From positions 3,634 to 67,633 of the forward strand of contig JARLIR010000126.1 in assembly GCA_031291635.1 (NCBI GenBank): DNA of 64,000 nt. Reading direction: 5' to 3'. The position numbers and the translations under genes are program-made. Below, in pieces: positions 49,048-59,496 of this stretch. The stretch is from Rhizomicrobium sp. Its GTDB lineage: Bacteria; Pseudomonadota; Alphaproteobacteria; Micropepsales; Micropepsaceae. The notes beneath the pieces were generated by a model, which was not told where the DNA came from, made no database searches, and saw nothing but the letters and a program-made list of their open reading frames with translations. How positions within the stretch are numbered: the first letter of the stretch is position 1; each line of letters begins with the position of its first letter.

Positions 49048-51303
49048 ATGGAACAGCAGACCGATCGCCCGTCTTTCACCGATGAAGAGGCTTTGGCCTT
49101 TCATTCCAGCCCCAAGCCGGGAAAAATCGCCATCACGCCGACCAAACCGATGGCGAGCCAGAGGGATTTAAGCCTGGCCTATTCCCCTGGGGTGGCGGTG
49201 CCGGTGCGGGTGATCGCCGAAAATCCGGACGCGGTTTATGATTACACCGCCAAAGGCAATCTGGTGGCGGTGATCACCAACGGCACCGCGATTCTGGGCT
49301 TGGGCGATCTCGGCGCCTTGGCTTCCAAGCCGGTCATGGAAGGCAAGGCTGTGCTGTTCAAGCGCTTCGCCGATGTCGATTCCATCGATCTGGAAGTCGA
49401 CACCACCGATGTCGAGGCCTTTATCGCCAGCGTGCGCTATCTGGGACCGACCTTCGGCGGCATCAATCTGGAAGACATCAAGGCGCCGGACTGCTTCGTG
49501 ATCGAAGAGCGTCTGAAAGAGTTGATGGATATTCCGGTCTTTCACGATGATCAGCACGGCACCGCCATCATCTGCACCGCCGGAATCATCAATGCGCTGG
49601 CCCTGACCGGGCGCAAGATTGGTGACATCAAAGTGGTGGTGAATGGCGCCGGCGCGGCGGGCATTGCCTGCCTGGAACTCTTGAAAACGATGGGCCTGCC
49701 CAACGCCAATGCCATTCTATGCGATTCCAAGGGCGTGATTTATCGCGGCCGCACGTCCGGCATGAACCAATGGAAAAGCGCCCATGCGGTCGAGACCAGC
49801 GCACGCACCTTGGAAGAAGCGATCAAAGACTGCGACGTTTTCCTGGGACTTTCCGTGAAGGGCGCGGTGACACAGCAGATGGTGAAAACCATGGCCGCGG
49901 CGCCGATCATTTTCGCCATGGCCAATCCCGATCCGGAGATCACACCCGAAGAGGTCAAAGCGGTGCGTTCCGACGCCATCGTGGCCACGGGGCGCAGCGA
50001 TTATCCCAATCAGGTCAACAATGTGCTGGGCTTTCCCTATATCTTCCGCGGCGCCTTGGATGTGCGCGCCCGCGAGATCAATCTGCCGATGAAAATCGCG
50101 GCAGCGGAAGCTTTGGCCGAGTTGGCGCGCGAGGATGTGCCCGATGAAGTCGCCACCGCTTATCGCGGCGCAAGGCCCACCTACGGTCCCGAATACATCA
50201 TCCCCTCGCCCTTCGATCCCAGGCTGATTGCGCGGGTTTCAGCGGCCGTCGCCGAGGCGGCGATCAAGACCGGTGTGGCGCGGCGCGAAATCCCCAATAT
50301 GGATGCTTATCGTGCCGAGCTGACGGCGCGGCTCGACCCTTCTGCCAATCTGTTTTTCCGCCTCACCTCGATGGTGCGGGCCAATCCCAAGCGGGTGGTT
50401 TTTGCCGAAGGCGAGGAGCCTTGTGTGGTGCGCGCCGCCGCCGCCTTTCAGCAAGCCGGGCTCGGCAAAGCGATATTGGTGGGACGCCGCGACATCATCA
50501 AATCGACCATTTGGGGGGCGGGGCTGGACGGGGTGGAGATGGAAATCCGCGTGCCGCATTCCGCCGCCGAAGCTGCCCCTTATATTGAGGCGCTGTACCA
50601 ACGCTTGCAGCGGCGCGGCGCGCTTTATCGCGATTGCGTGCGCATGGTGACCAATGATCGCAACGTTTATGCGGCCTCTTTGCTGGCCGCGGGTGAAGCC
50701 GATGCCATGGTGACCGGCGTGACGCGGGCTTACAGCGCGGCGCTCAGTGATATCCGCCAAGTGCTGGATTCGCCGGCGGGACAGCGCCCTATGGGCGTGC
50801 TGCTGATCTTCGCCAAAGGCAAGGTGATTTTCGCCGCCGATACCTCCGTGCATGAGCACCCGACCTCGGAACAGCTGGCCGATATTGCGGTGCAAGCGGC
50901 GCGCGTGGTGCGCCAATTCGGCTATACGCCGCGGGCGGCCTTGCTGGCCTCCTCCACCTTCGGGTTTCCCCGCAGCGAACGTTCCGAGCGCATTGTCGAA
51001 GCGGTGCATATCCTCGACCGCCGCCAAGTCGATTTCGAATATGACGGCGAAATGAGCGTGGATGTGGCGCTGGATCGCGACAAGCTGCGGCTTTACCCCT
51101 TTTGCCGCCTGACCGACACCGCCAATGTGCTGGTGATGCCGGCGGTGCATTCGGCCCAGATTGCCACCAAATTGCTGGCCCATGTGGCGGGAACCTCGAT
51201 GCTGGGGCCCTTCCTGGTCGGGCTCGACAAGCCGGTGCAGATCGTCTCGCTAGGGGCTAAGATGAGCGAGATTTACAACGCCGCGCTGGTCGCTTCGGTA
51301 TGA
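49048..51303 (+). CDS. maeB: NADP-dependent malic enzyme with PTA-like C-terminal domain
   Basis: '[11 protein letters not shown]', 'KPVMEGK', '[10 protein letters not shown]', '[12 protein letters not shown]', '[10 protein letters not shown]'. Confidence 0.93.
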   Translation: MEQQTDRPSFTDEEALAFHSSPKPGKIAITPTKPMASQRDLSLAYSPGVAVPVRVIAENPDAVYDYTAKGNLVAVITNGTAILGLGDLGALASKPVMEGKAVLFKRFADVDSIDLEVDTTDVEAFIASVRYLGPTFGGINLEDIKAPDCFVIEERLKELMDIPVFHDDQHGTAIICTAGIINALALTGRKIGDIKVVVNGAGAAGIACLELLKTMGLPNANAILCDSKGVIYRGRTSGMNQWKSAHAVETSARTLEEAIKDCDVFLGLSVKGAVTQQMVKTMAAAPIIFAMANPDPEITPEEVKAVRSDAIVATGRSDYPNQVNNVLGFPYIFRGALDVRAREINLPMKIAAAEALAELAREDVPDEVATAYRGARPTYGPEYIIPSPFDPRLIARVSAAVAEAAIKTGVARREIPNMDAYRAELTARLDPSANLFFRLTSMVRANPKRVVFAEGEEPCVVRAAAAFQQAGLGKAILVGRRDIIKSTIWGAGLDGVEMEIRVPHSAAEAAPYIEALYQRLQRRGALYRDCVRMVTNDRNVYAASLLAAGEADAMVTGVTRAYSAALSDIRQVLDSPAGQRPMGVLLIFAKGKVIFAADTSVHEHPTSEQLADIAVQAARVVRQFGYTPRAALLASSTFGFPRSERSERIVEAVHILDRRQVDFEYDGEMSVDVALDRDKLRLYPFCRLTDTANVLVMPAVHSAQIATKLLAHVAGTSMLGPFLVGLDKPVQIVSLGAKMSEIYNAALVASV

Positions 51304-51767
51304 AATTTCGGAACGGGATAGCCTTGGTCGCAGCCGCGCTCACTTTGGCGGCTTGCGACACGCTTTATGGTGTCTCCCGCTCCGCCGATCTGACCGCCCC
51401 GCTGGAGCAAGCTTGCGTCCGCCGCGTGGTCGAAACCACGCCGGGAGTGGCGGCGGTGGATTATCGTGAAAGCCACAGCGGTAAGGGACTGTTTCATCCC
51501 ACCCCCTGGAGCTATGCCTACAGCTATCGCGGCAAGGCTGGCAGTAAGGTCGCTGGCACGCTGACAATCACCACCGAATATGACGGCCGCTCGCAGTTTC
51601 GCGACACGCTTTGGCAGATCAATGCCAAACCGCCGCAGGAGGCGGTGGATGCCACCAGGCCGGTGATGCGCCGGATCGAAGCCGCCCTCGCCCAACGCTG
51701 CGGCTTGCGGCCCGCAGCGATCCCAGAGACCTGCCGGGGCGTGGCCTGCCCAACGCTTTCGGAATGA
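51300..51767 (+). CDS. Hypothetical lipoprotein
   Basis: Lipobox 'LAAC'; overlaps the maeB stop. Confidence 0.6.
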   Translation: MKFRNGIALVAAALTLAACDTLYGVSRSADLTAPLEQACVRRVVETTPGVAAVDYRESHSGKGLFHPTPWSYAYSYRGKAGSKVAGTLTITTEYDGRSQFRDTLWQINAKPPQEAVDATRPVMRRIEAALAQRCGLRPAAIPETCRGVACPTLSE

Positions 51768-51773
51768 CGAGTT

Positions 51774-51899
51774 TGTAGATATGTTGCTACAGTTCAGCGC
51801 CAGATTGTAGAAACATCACTACATTTTGCTATTGCGATGTAGCATCGTTTCTACACCTATCCTTGCCGGATCAGCAGTCATCGTAGTAACGTAGCAACA
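51774..51899. promoter_or_regulatory. Array of TGTAG-N8-CTACA operators upstream of a TA operon
   Basis: Perfect arms at 51774, 51806 and 51838; degenerate fourth at 51882. Confidence 0.7.
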
Positions 51900-51948
51900 T
51901 TGTTTCGAATCAATGGCCTAGAGCGCCATTCTAGGGGAAATCGGGGCG

Positions 51949-52200
51949 ATGACCAAGCTTTCCAGCCGAGAATTCAATCAGGATGTCGGCCGCGCCAAAC
52001 GCGCTGCCGAGGCCGGACCGGTGATCATCACCGACCGCGGCAAGCCCGCTTATGTCCTCGTCACCTATGACGCGTACCGCGCTTTGGCGCAGGCGGCGCC
52101 TTCGATTCTCGATCTGCTCGACCAGCACGGCGCCGGCGAGACGGAATTCGAAGCCCCCGCTCTGGCCAGCGGCAGCCTGAAACCCGCGAGCTTCGCCTGA
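51949..52200 (+). CDS. Phd/YefM-family antitoxin
   Basis: 'LSSREFNQD..RAKRAA..GPVIITDRGKPAYVL'. Confidence 0.9.
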   Translation: MTKLSSREFNQDVGRAKRAAEAGPVIITDRGKPAYVLVTYDAYRALAQAAPSILDLLDQHGAGETEFEAPALASGSLKPASFA

Positions 52201-52619
52201 TGTATCTTTTGGACACGTCTGTCGTCACCGGGCTCAGGCGCCGGGACCGCGCCGACCCCAATCTGGCCGCTTGGGCCGCGTCGGTCGCGCCTTCGGACCT
52301 CTATCTTTCGGCCCTTTCGCTGTTGGAGCTGGAAATGGGGGTCTTGGCGCTGGAAAACCGCAATCCAACTGTCGCCGCGCCGCTGCGGCAATGGCTGAAC
52401 GCCAAGGTCCTGCCCGCTTTTGCCGGGCGCATCCTGGCGGTGGATGCTGCCGTGGCCCGGCGTTGCGCCGCGCTGCATGTGCCGCATCGCCGCCCCGAGC
52501 GCAGCGCCTTGATTGCCGCAACGGCAATCGTGCATGGCTTGACCGTGGTCAGCCGCAATCCATCCGATTTCGACCCCATGGGCATCGCCGTCATCAATCC
52601 CTGGCTCCCTGAAACCTAA
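52200..52619 (+). CDS. PIN-domain VapC-family toxin
   Basis: 'MYLLDT', 'LELEMG', 'ALIAATA.VHGLTVV.RN..DF', 'VINPW'. Confidence 0.88.
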   Translation: MYLLDTSVVTGLRRRDRADPNLAAWAASVAPSDLYLSALSLLELEMGVLALENRNPTVAAPLRQWLNAKVLPAFAGRILAVDAAVARRCAALHVPHRRPERSALIAATAIVHGLTVVSRNPSDFDPMGIAVINPWLPET

Positions 52620-52629
52620 GGCAAACATC

Positions 52630-54027
52630 ATGAGCAGCTTTATCGACCGTCTGTGGGACGAGGACATCATCCCGACCCTCTCCGACTACATCACCATCCC
52701 CAACAAATCGCCGATGTTCGATCCTGAGTGGGCCGCGCACGGCCATATGGCCAAGGCGGTGGCGCTGTTTGAAGCTTGGGCGAAGAAGCATCTTGCCAAG
52801 GTGCCGGGCGCGACGGTGGAAGTGGTCGAACCGGAAGGGCGCACACCGCTGATCTTCATCGAAATCCCCGGCACGGCGCCAGGCACGGTGCTGCTCTACG
52901 GCCATCTCGACAAGCAGCCCGAGATGAAGGGCTGGTCCGAAGGCATGGCGCCGTGGACGCCGGTGATCAAAGACGGCAAGCTCTATGGCCGCGGCGGCGC
53001 CGATGATGGTTACGCCATGTTCGCAGCCCTGTCCGCGATTCTGGCGCTGCACGAGACCGGCACCGCACATGCGCGCTGCGTCATCACCATCGAAGCGGGC
53101 GAAGAATCCGGCTCGCCCGATTTGGCTTATTATATCGAGGCGCTGTCGGATCGCATTGGCGCCGTCGATCTGGTGGTGTGTTTGGATTCGGGTTGCGGCA
53201 ATTATGAGCAGCTGTGGCTGACCACCTCCTTGCGGGGCATCGCGGCGGGCGTGCTGAACATCCGTGTGCTGACGGAAGGAGTGCATTCCGGCGATGCCAG
53301 CGGCATCGTGCCTTCGTCCTTCCGCATTCTGCGCCAGCTTTTGTCGCGCATCGAAGACGAAAGCAGCGGCGCCATGCGCATCGAAGACTTCTTCGTCGAA
53401 GTGCCGGCCGACCGCTTGGCACAAGGCAAAGAAGCCGCGGCCGCGCTGGGCAACGACGTCTTCCAACGTCTGCCATTCGCCGGGGCGACCCAGCCCATGG
53501 GCGAAAGCCCGGAAGAGAATATTTTGAACCGCACCTGGAAGCCGCAGCTGTCGGTGATCGCCATGGACGGCTATCCCGCCCCTGCCGCCGCGGGCAATGT
53601 GCTGCTGCCTTACACCACCGCGAAACTGTCGCTGCGCTTGCCGCCGACTTGCAACGCCGAAAAGGCCGTAGCGGCGCTGAAGACGGCGCTGGAAACGAAT
53701 CCGCCTTACAAGGCCGAGGTGACGTTCGAGGCCGAACATGGCCAAGGCGGCTGGAATGCCCCGACCCTGACACCCTGGCTGGAACAAAGCTTGGCGCGAG
53801 CCTCACAGGCCCATTTCGGCAAACCGGCAGCCTTCATGGGTGAAGGCGGTTCGATTCCCTTCATGGGGCTTTTGGGGGAGAAATATCCCGGCACGCAATT
53901 CGTCGTTACCGGCGTCCTTGGTCCCAACTCCAATGCCCATGGACCCAACGAATTTCTGCATATCGCTATGGCCAAGAAAATCTCCGCCTCGATCGCGGAC
54001 ATCCTGGCCGATCACGCCAAGCGCTAA
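52630..54027 (+). CDS. M20-family metallopeptidase (dipeptidase-like)
   Basis: 'YGHLDKQP', 'LYGRGGADDG', 'EAGEESGS', 'HSG', 'NAHGPNE'. Confidence 0.9.
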   Translation: MSSFIDRLWDEDIIPTLSDYITIPNKSPMFDPEWAAHGHMAKAVALFEAWAKKHLAKVPGATVEVVEPEGRTPLIFIEIPGTAPGTVLLYGHLDKQPEMKGWSEGMAPWTPVIKDGKLYGRGGADDGYAMFAALSAILALHETGTAHARCVITIEAGEESGSPDLAYYIEALSDRIGAVDLVVCLDSGCGNYEQLWLTTSLRGIAAGVLNIRVLTEGVHSGDASGIVPSSFRILRQLLSRIEDESSGAMRIEDFFVEVPADRLAQGKEAAAALGNDVFQRLPFAGATQPMGESPEENILNRTWKPQLSVIAMDGYPAPAAAGNVLLPYTTAKLSLRLPPTCNAEKAVAALKTALETNPPYKAEVTFEAEHGQGGWNAPTLTPWLEQSLARASQAHFGKPAAFMGEGGSIPFMGLLGEKYPGTQFVVTGVLGPNSNAHGPNEFLHIAMAKKISASIADILADHAKR

Positions 54028-54314
54028 CGCTTCAGCCGTGTGAGATCGCGGGCGCCATGCAAAACGCGCGCGATCTCGACACGGTCAGGCTTGATCCGAA
54101 ACAAAATGATGTAGCGCGCCTTCACTGCCATGCGCAGCCCCGGAGCAATATCCTCGCGCGCGCGATAGGCTTCTGGCGCATTTGCGATTTTGCGCGCTGT
54201 GTCTTCCAGCTCGGCGATGAATGACATGGCACGTGAAGGGTTATCGCTGGCGATATAGGTGCCAATGCCTTCCAAATCAGCCATCGCGTCCGGTGCGAAG
54301 ATGACCTGCTTCAT
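54024..54314 (-). CDS. ParE/RelE-family toxin
   Basis: 'A.ADLE.I..YIA.DNP..A..F', 'VEIARVLHGARD'. Confidence 0.88.
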   Translation of the reverse strand: MKQVIFAPDAMADLEGIGTYIASDNPSRAMSFIAELEDTARKIANAPEAYRAREDIAPGLRMAVKARYIILFRIKPDRVEIARVLHGARDLTRLKR

Positions 54315-54326
54315 GGCTTAAACCGC

Positions 54327-54590
54327 TCAGCCAAATTTCGCCTTCAACCGCGCGAAGACTTCTTCGGCCGGGATACCTTCACCGCGATCCAAGGCTTCCA
54401 ATGCAGGAGTCACCAACTCGCGCAGTTCCTCAATCTCCATTGCTTCCACCCGGCGCTTCAGGCGCCAGTCGCGGACGGCGTCGCGGATGACTTCGCTGGT
54501 GGTGGCATAATCACCCGACTCGACGGCCTCACGGATCGCTTCCACCATGTCGTGCGGCAGCGCGATGCTGAGCTTATCGATTGTGGCCAT
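54327..54590 (-). CDS. ParD-like ribbon-helix-helix antitoxin
   Basis: 'KLSIALP..M...IREAVESGDYATTSEVIRDAVRDW'. Confidence 0.88.
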   Translation of the reverse strand: MATIDKLSIALPHDMVEAIREAVESGDYATTSEVIRDAVRDWRLKRRVEAMEIEELRELVTPALEALDRGEGIPAEEVFARLKAKFG

Positions 54591-54609
54591 GGCTGCCTCC
54601 GAAATTGCG

Positions 54610-54626
54610 GTAGGAAATATTACTAC
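54610..54626. promoter_or_regulatory. Putative autoregulatory operator of the parDE-like module
   Basis: Imperfect palindrome GTAGGAAATATTACTAC about 20 bp upstream of the antitoxin start. Confidence 0.5.
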
Positions 54627-54709
54627 TGGTGCGGCGCGCCGCCAATGCCGTGCAGCCAAAGCCTTGCGATTGGCGTTAGGATACGAGCGAACGGCACAGG
54701 GAGAGACGG

Positions 54710-55204
54710 ATGGATGCGGGTTTGATGAAAAAGCCAGCGAGCGAAAGCCTGCTGGTGCTGCTCGGCTTCCTTTTCTTCACCTTGGCCATCGGCTTTGCCG
54801 GGGGGCGAGTGACGGCGCCGAATATCCCGACCTGGTATGCGTTTCTCGCCAAGCCCAGCTTCAACCCGCCCAACTGGCTCTTCATGCCCGCTTGGACGAC
54901 GCTTTACGTGCTGATGGCGGTGGCGGCTTGGCTGGTGTGGCGGCAAACCGGCTGGCGCAGCCGCCCCCTGGCGCTGTGGCTGGGGCAATTGGCGCTCAAT
55001 TGCGCCTGGAGCTTCATCTTTTTCGGTGCCCATGCGCCGCAAGCAGCATTTTTCGAATTGGTGGTGATGTGGCTCGCCATCCTGGCCACTTTGATCACTT
55101 TTTGGCGGGTCCAGCGCTGGGCCGGGATTTTGCTGCTACCTTATCTCGCCTGGGTGAGCTTTGCGGGCACACTCAATTTTTGGATTTGGCAGCTCAATCC
55201 GTGA
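54710..55204 (+). CDS. tspO: TspO/MBR-family tryptophan-rich sensory protein
   Basis: 'WY..LAKPSFNPPNW.F.P.WT.LY', 'QLALN..WS.IFFG', 'LLPYLAWVSFA..LN'. Confidence 0.9.
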   Translation: MDAGLMKKPASESLLVLLGFLFFTLAIGFAGGRVTAPNIPTWYAFLAKPSFNPPNWLFMPAWTTLYVLMAVAAWLVWRQTGWRSRPLALWLGQLALNCAWSFIFFGAHAPQAAFFELVVMWLAILATLITFWRVQRWAGILLLPYLAWVSFAGTLNFWIWQLNP

Positions 55205-55317
55205 GGCTTCGGGCGATTGTCGCCTTTTGTCTCGGATAATATGTCCAAATGAGCCCTAAGCTGTTCCAGGTACTCACTTTGTTCGCAAAATTACTGACTC
55301 CTAGGGTCATTCTCGAC

Positions 55318-55346
55318 CTTGCGAGCGTGTTACCCCCTTCCTATAT
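55318..55346 (+). promoter_or_regulatory. RpoH (sigma32)-type heat-shock promoter of dnaK
   Basis: CTTG-N18-CCTATAT, matching the alphaproteobacterial RpoH consensus. Confidence 0.65.
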
Positions 55347-55468
55347 ACCCCTACGACTGCGGGACGGGGCTATTGGCCCTGATCCGCTATTTCTGTGGGG
55401 CGGGCATTTTCCGGCGCTCTGTTGAGGCCCAAGACCCGCTGCCCTTGTAGGAAGGAAAAGAGAGAACT

Positions 55469-57382
<1,914 letters not shown>

Positions 57383-57392
57383 CTCTTAAGCT

Positions 57393-57430
57393 CCGCCGCC
57401 CTTCATCCCGGAGGGCGGCGGCTTTGCTTT
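57393..57430 (+). terminator. Intergenic hairpin/terminator between dnaK and dnaJ
   Basis: CCGCCGCCCT...AGGGCGGCGG followed by CTTTGCTTT. Confidence 0.55.
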
Positions 57431-57440
57431 GTAAGGTCCG

Positions 57441-58583
57441 ATGAGCAAGCGCTGCTATTACGACGTTTTGGGTTGCAACAAGGGCGCGCCGGTCTCCGAG
57501 CTAAAATCGGCGTACCGCAAGCTCGCCATGGAGCTGCATCCCGACCGCAATCCCGGTGACCACACCTCGGAAGCCAAATTCAAGGAAATCAACGAAGCTT
57601 ATGACGTCCTCAAGGACGACAATAAGCGCGCCGCTTATGACCGCTTTGGCCATGCCGCTTTCGAAAACGGCCATGGCAGCGCTGGCGGCGGCGGCAATCC
57701 GTTCGATTTTGCAGGTTCCTTCGCGGATGTCTTTGAGGACATCTTTGGCGAGATGATGGGCGGCGGCGGCGGCGGCAAGCGCCAAAACCGCGGTGGCGAT
57801 CTGCGCTACAATTTGCAGATTTCGCTGGAAGAAGCGTTCAAAGGCAGTAAGGCCGAGATCAAGGTGCCGACCGCGGTGGCTTGTGATTCGTGCCGCGGTA
57901 GCGGGGCCGAAGCCGGCACCAGCGCCGAGACCTGCCCCACCTGCGCCGGTCACGGCAAGGTGCGCGCCTCCCAGGGCTTTTTCACCATCGAGCGCACCTG
58001 CCCGCAATGCCAGGGCCGCGGCAAGATCATCAAGAAGCCGTGCAAATCCTGCGGCGGCGTCGGCCATGTGCAGAAGGAACGCACGCTGAATGTCGATATT
58101 CCCGCAGGCGTCGAAGAAGGCACCCGTATCCGCCTTACCGGCGAAGGCCAGGCGGGCATGGGCGGCGGACCCAATGGCGACCTTTATGTTTTCCTCTCAG
58201 TCAGCCAGCACCCCATTTTCCAGCGCGACGGCCATGATCTGTACTGCCGCGTGCCGCTGAGCTTCGTCACCGCTGCGCTGGGTGGCGCGGTGGATGTGCC
58301 GACCCTCGATGGCGGCAAAGCCACCGTCAAAATTCCGGAAGGCACCCAAGGCGGCCGTCAGTTCCGCTTGCGCGGCAAAGGCATGCCGGTGCTGCGCGGC
58401 AATGGCTTGGCGGGTGATCTCTTCGTCGAGATCTTCGTCGAAACCCCGATCAAACTTTCCAAGGCGCAGAAGGAATTGCTGCGCCAATTCAACGATAGCG
58501 GCGCCCAAGGCTGTCAGCCCGAATGCGAAGGCTTCTTTGCCAAAGTCAAAGCCTTCTGGGACGGCGCCGCCACCAAGCACTGA
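57441..58583 (+). CDS. dnaJ: Chaperone DnaJ
   Basis: HPD J-domain, G/F region, four CxxCxGxG repeats. Confidence 0.97.
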   Translation: MSKRCYYDVLGCNKGAPVSELKSAYRKLAMELHPDRNPGDHTSEAKFKEINEAYDVLKDDNKRAAYDRFGHAAFENGHGSAGGGGNPFDFAGSFADVFEDIFGEMMGGGGGGKRQNRGGDLRYNLQISLEEAFKGSKAEIKVPTAVACDSCRGSGAEAGTSAETCPTCAGHGKVRASQGFFTIERTCPQCQGRGKIIKKPCKSCGGVGHVQKERTLNVDIPAGVEEGTRIRLTGEGQAGMGGGPNGDLYVFLSVSQHPIFQRDGHDLYCRVPLSFVTAALGGAVDVPTLDGGKATVKIPEGTQGGRQFRLRGKGMPVLRGNGLAGDLFVEIFVETPIKLSKAQKELLRQFNDSGAQGCQPECEGFFAKVKAFWDGAATKH

Positions 58584-58586
58584 GCG

Positions 58587-58967
58587 CTAGAACTTCACAT
58601 AGACGCAAAGCTTGTTGCCGGTCGGATCGCGCATATAGGCGCCGTAGAATTCCTTGCCCTCGGGCGGGCGAAAACCTGGCGCGCCTTCGTCGCTGCCGCC
58701 ATGGCTGAGGGCGGCGGCGTAAGCGGCATCCACCTCGTCCATAGTCTTGGCCTTGAAGGACAGCATCAGACCGTTGGCCGGGGCTGCTGGCTGACCGTTG
58801 AAGGGCGGGCAGAGATAGACGTAATGGCTGTCTTCGCCCTTGGGGCCGTAACCGATCCAACCATTATCGGCGAATTTGCGCTCGTCCCCGACCGCGCCCA
58901 GCACCGCATCGTAAAATTTTCCTGACGCGTCGCTATCGAGCGCCCCAATCGTCACATAGCCCAGCAT
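58587..58967 (-). CDS. VOC/glyoxalase family protein
   Basis: 'YVTIG', 'FYDAVLG', 'PFNG.PA...NG', 'GG.DEGAPG.R', 'YGAY.RDP.GNKL'. Confidence 0.85.
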   Translation of the reverse strand: MLGYVTIGALDSDASGKFYDAVLGAVGDERKFADNGWIGYGPKGEDSHYVYLCPPFNGQPAAPANGLMLSFKAKTMDEVDAAYAAALSHGGSDEGAPGFRPPEGKEFYGAYMRDPTGNKLCVYVKF

Positions 58968-59002
58968 TGCTGCCTCCCCTTGCCGTTGATGGCAGGATAT
59001 TA

Positions 59003-59017
59003 GAACGGAAAGCGAAC
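59003..59017 (-). promoter_or_regulatory. Alphaproteobacterial LexA (SOS) box
   Basis: GTTC-GCTTTCC-GTTC on the minus strand, abutting TAATAT, 36 bp upstream of the VOC start. Confidence 0.65.
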
Positions 59018-59209
59018 AAGCCTAGCGCAGTGGGCTCAAGCCTGGCATGCAGCAAACGCATTGCAGAGGGGCAAAAGGGGGTGCTGCCGTGATTCTGCAG
59101 CCTGGGGTCGGCGTGACCTTCTATCCGGCAAGGACGAAATCTGCAGCGTGAGTCAAAATGCTGCCCCACCACTTATTGACGCCGCGGTAACGGGGCATAC
59201 ACCATGTCG

Positions 59210-59385
59210 TCATGCGTTACGGTTCTGTGGCTGAGTCGAAAGCCAGAGTGAAAAGGGAAGCAGGTGGAAGGCCTGTGCTGCCCCCGCAACTGTAAGCGAC
59301 AAGTCCTTGCCAAAGGACGCCACTGGCGGAAACGCCGGGAAGGCTTGGCAAGAGGTCGTGAGCCAGGAGACCTGCCGTAACACGA
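59210..59385 (+). ncRNA. Cobalamin (B12) riboswitch
   Basis: AAAAGGGAAGCAGGTG, CTGCCCCCGCAACTGT, GCCACTG...GGGAAGG, B12 box GAGCCAGGAGACCTGCC; P1 GTTACGG/CCGTAAC. Confidence 0.93.
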
Positions 59386-59496
59386 GAGTAGAATAGTCCC
59401 CGGGCGGGGTGCACCAGCGGGTCGACGCGGGCGTGGAAACACGTGCCGGCGACCGCGCATGCCCTTCTCCCGCAACAAAAACAGAGATTGCGCACC

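Noticed and set aside
51774-51899. Possible mini-CRISPR array
   Set aside because: Only the 5-bp arms are conserved, gaps are 14 bp and there are no cas genes; fits protein operators
59165-59210. NrdR or FNR boxes upstream of the riboswitch
   Set aside because: CCACCACTTATTGACG matches the NrdR consensus only weakly and there is no TTGAT-N4-ATCAA
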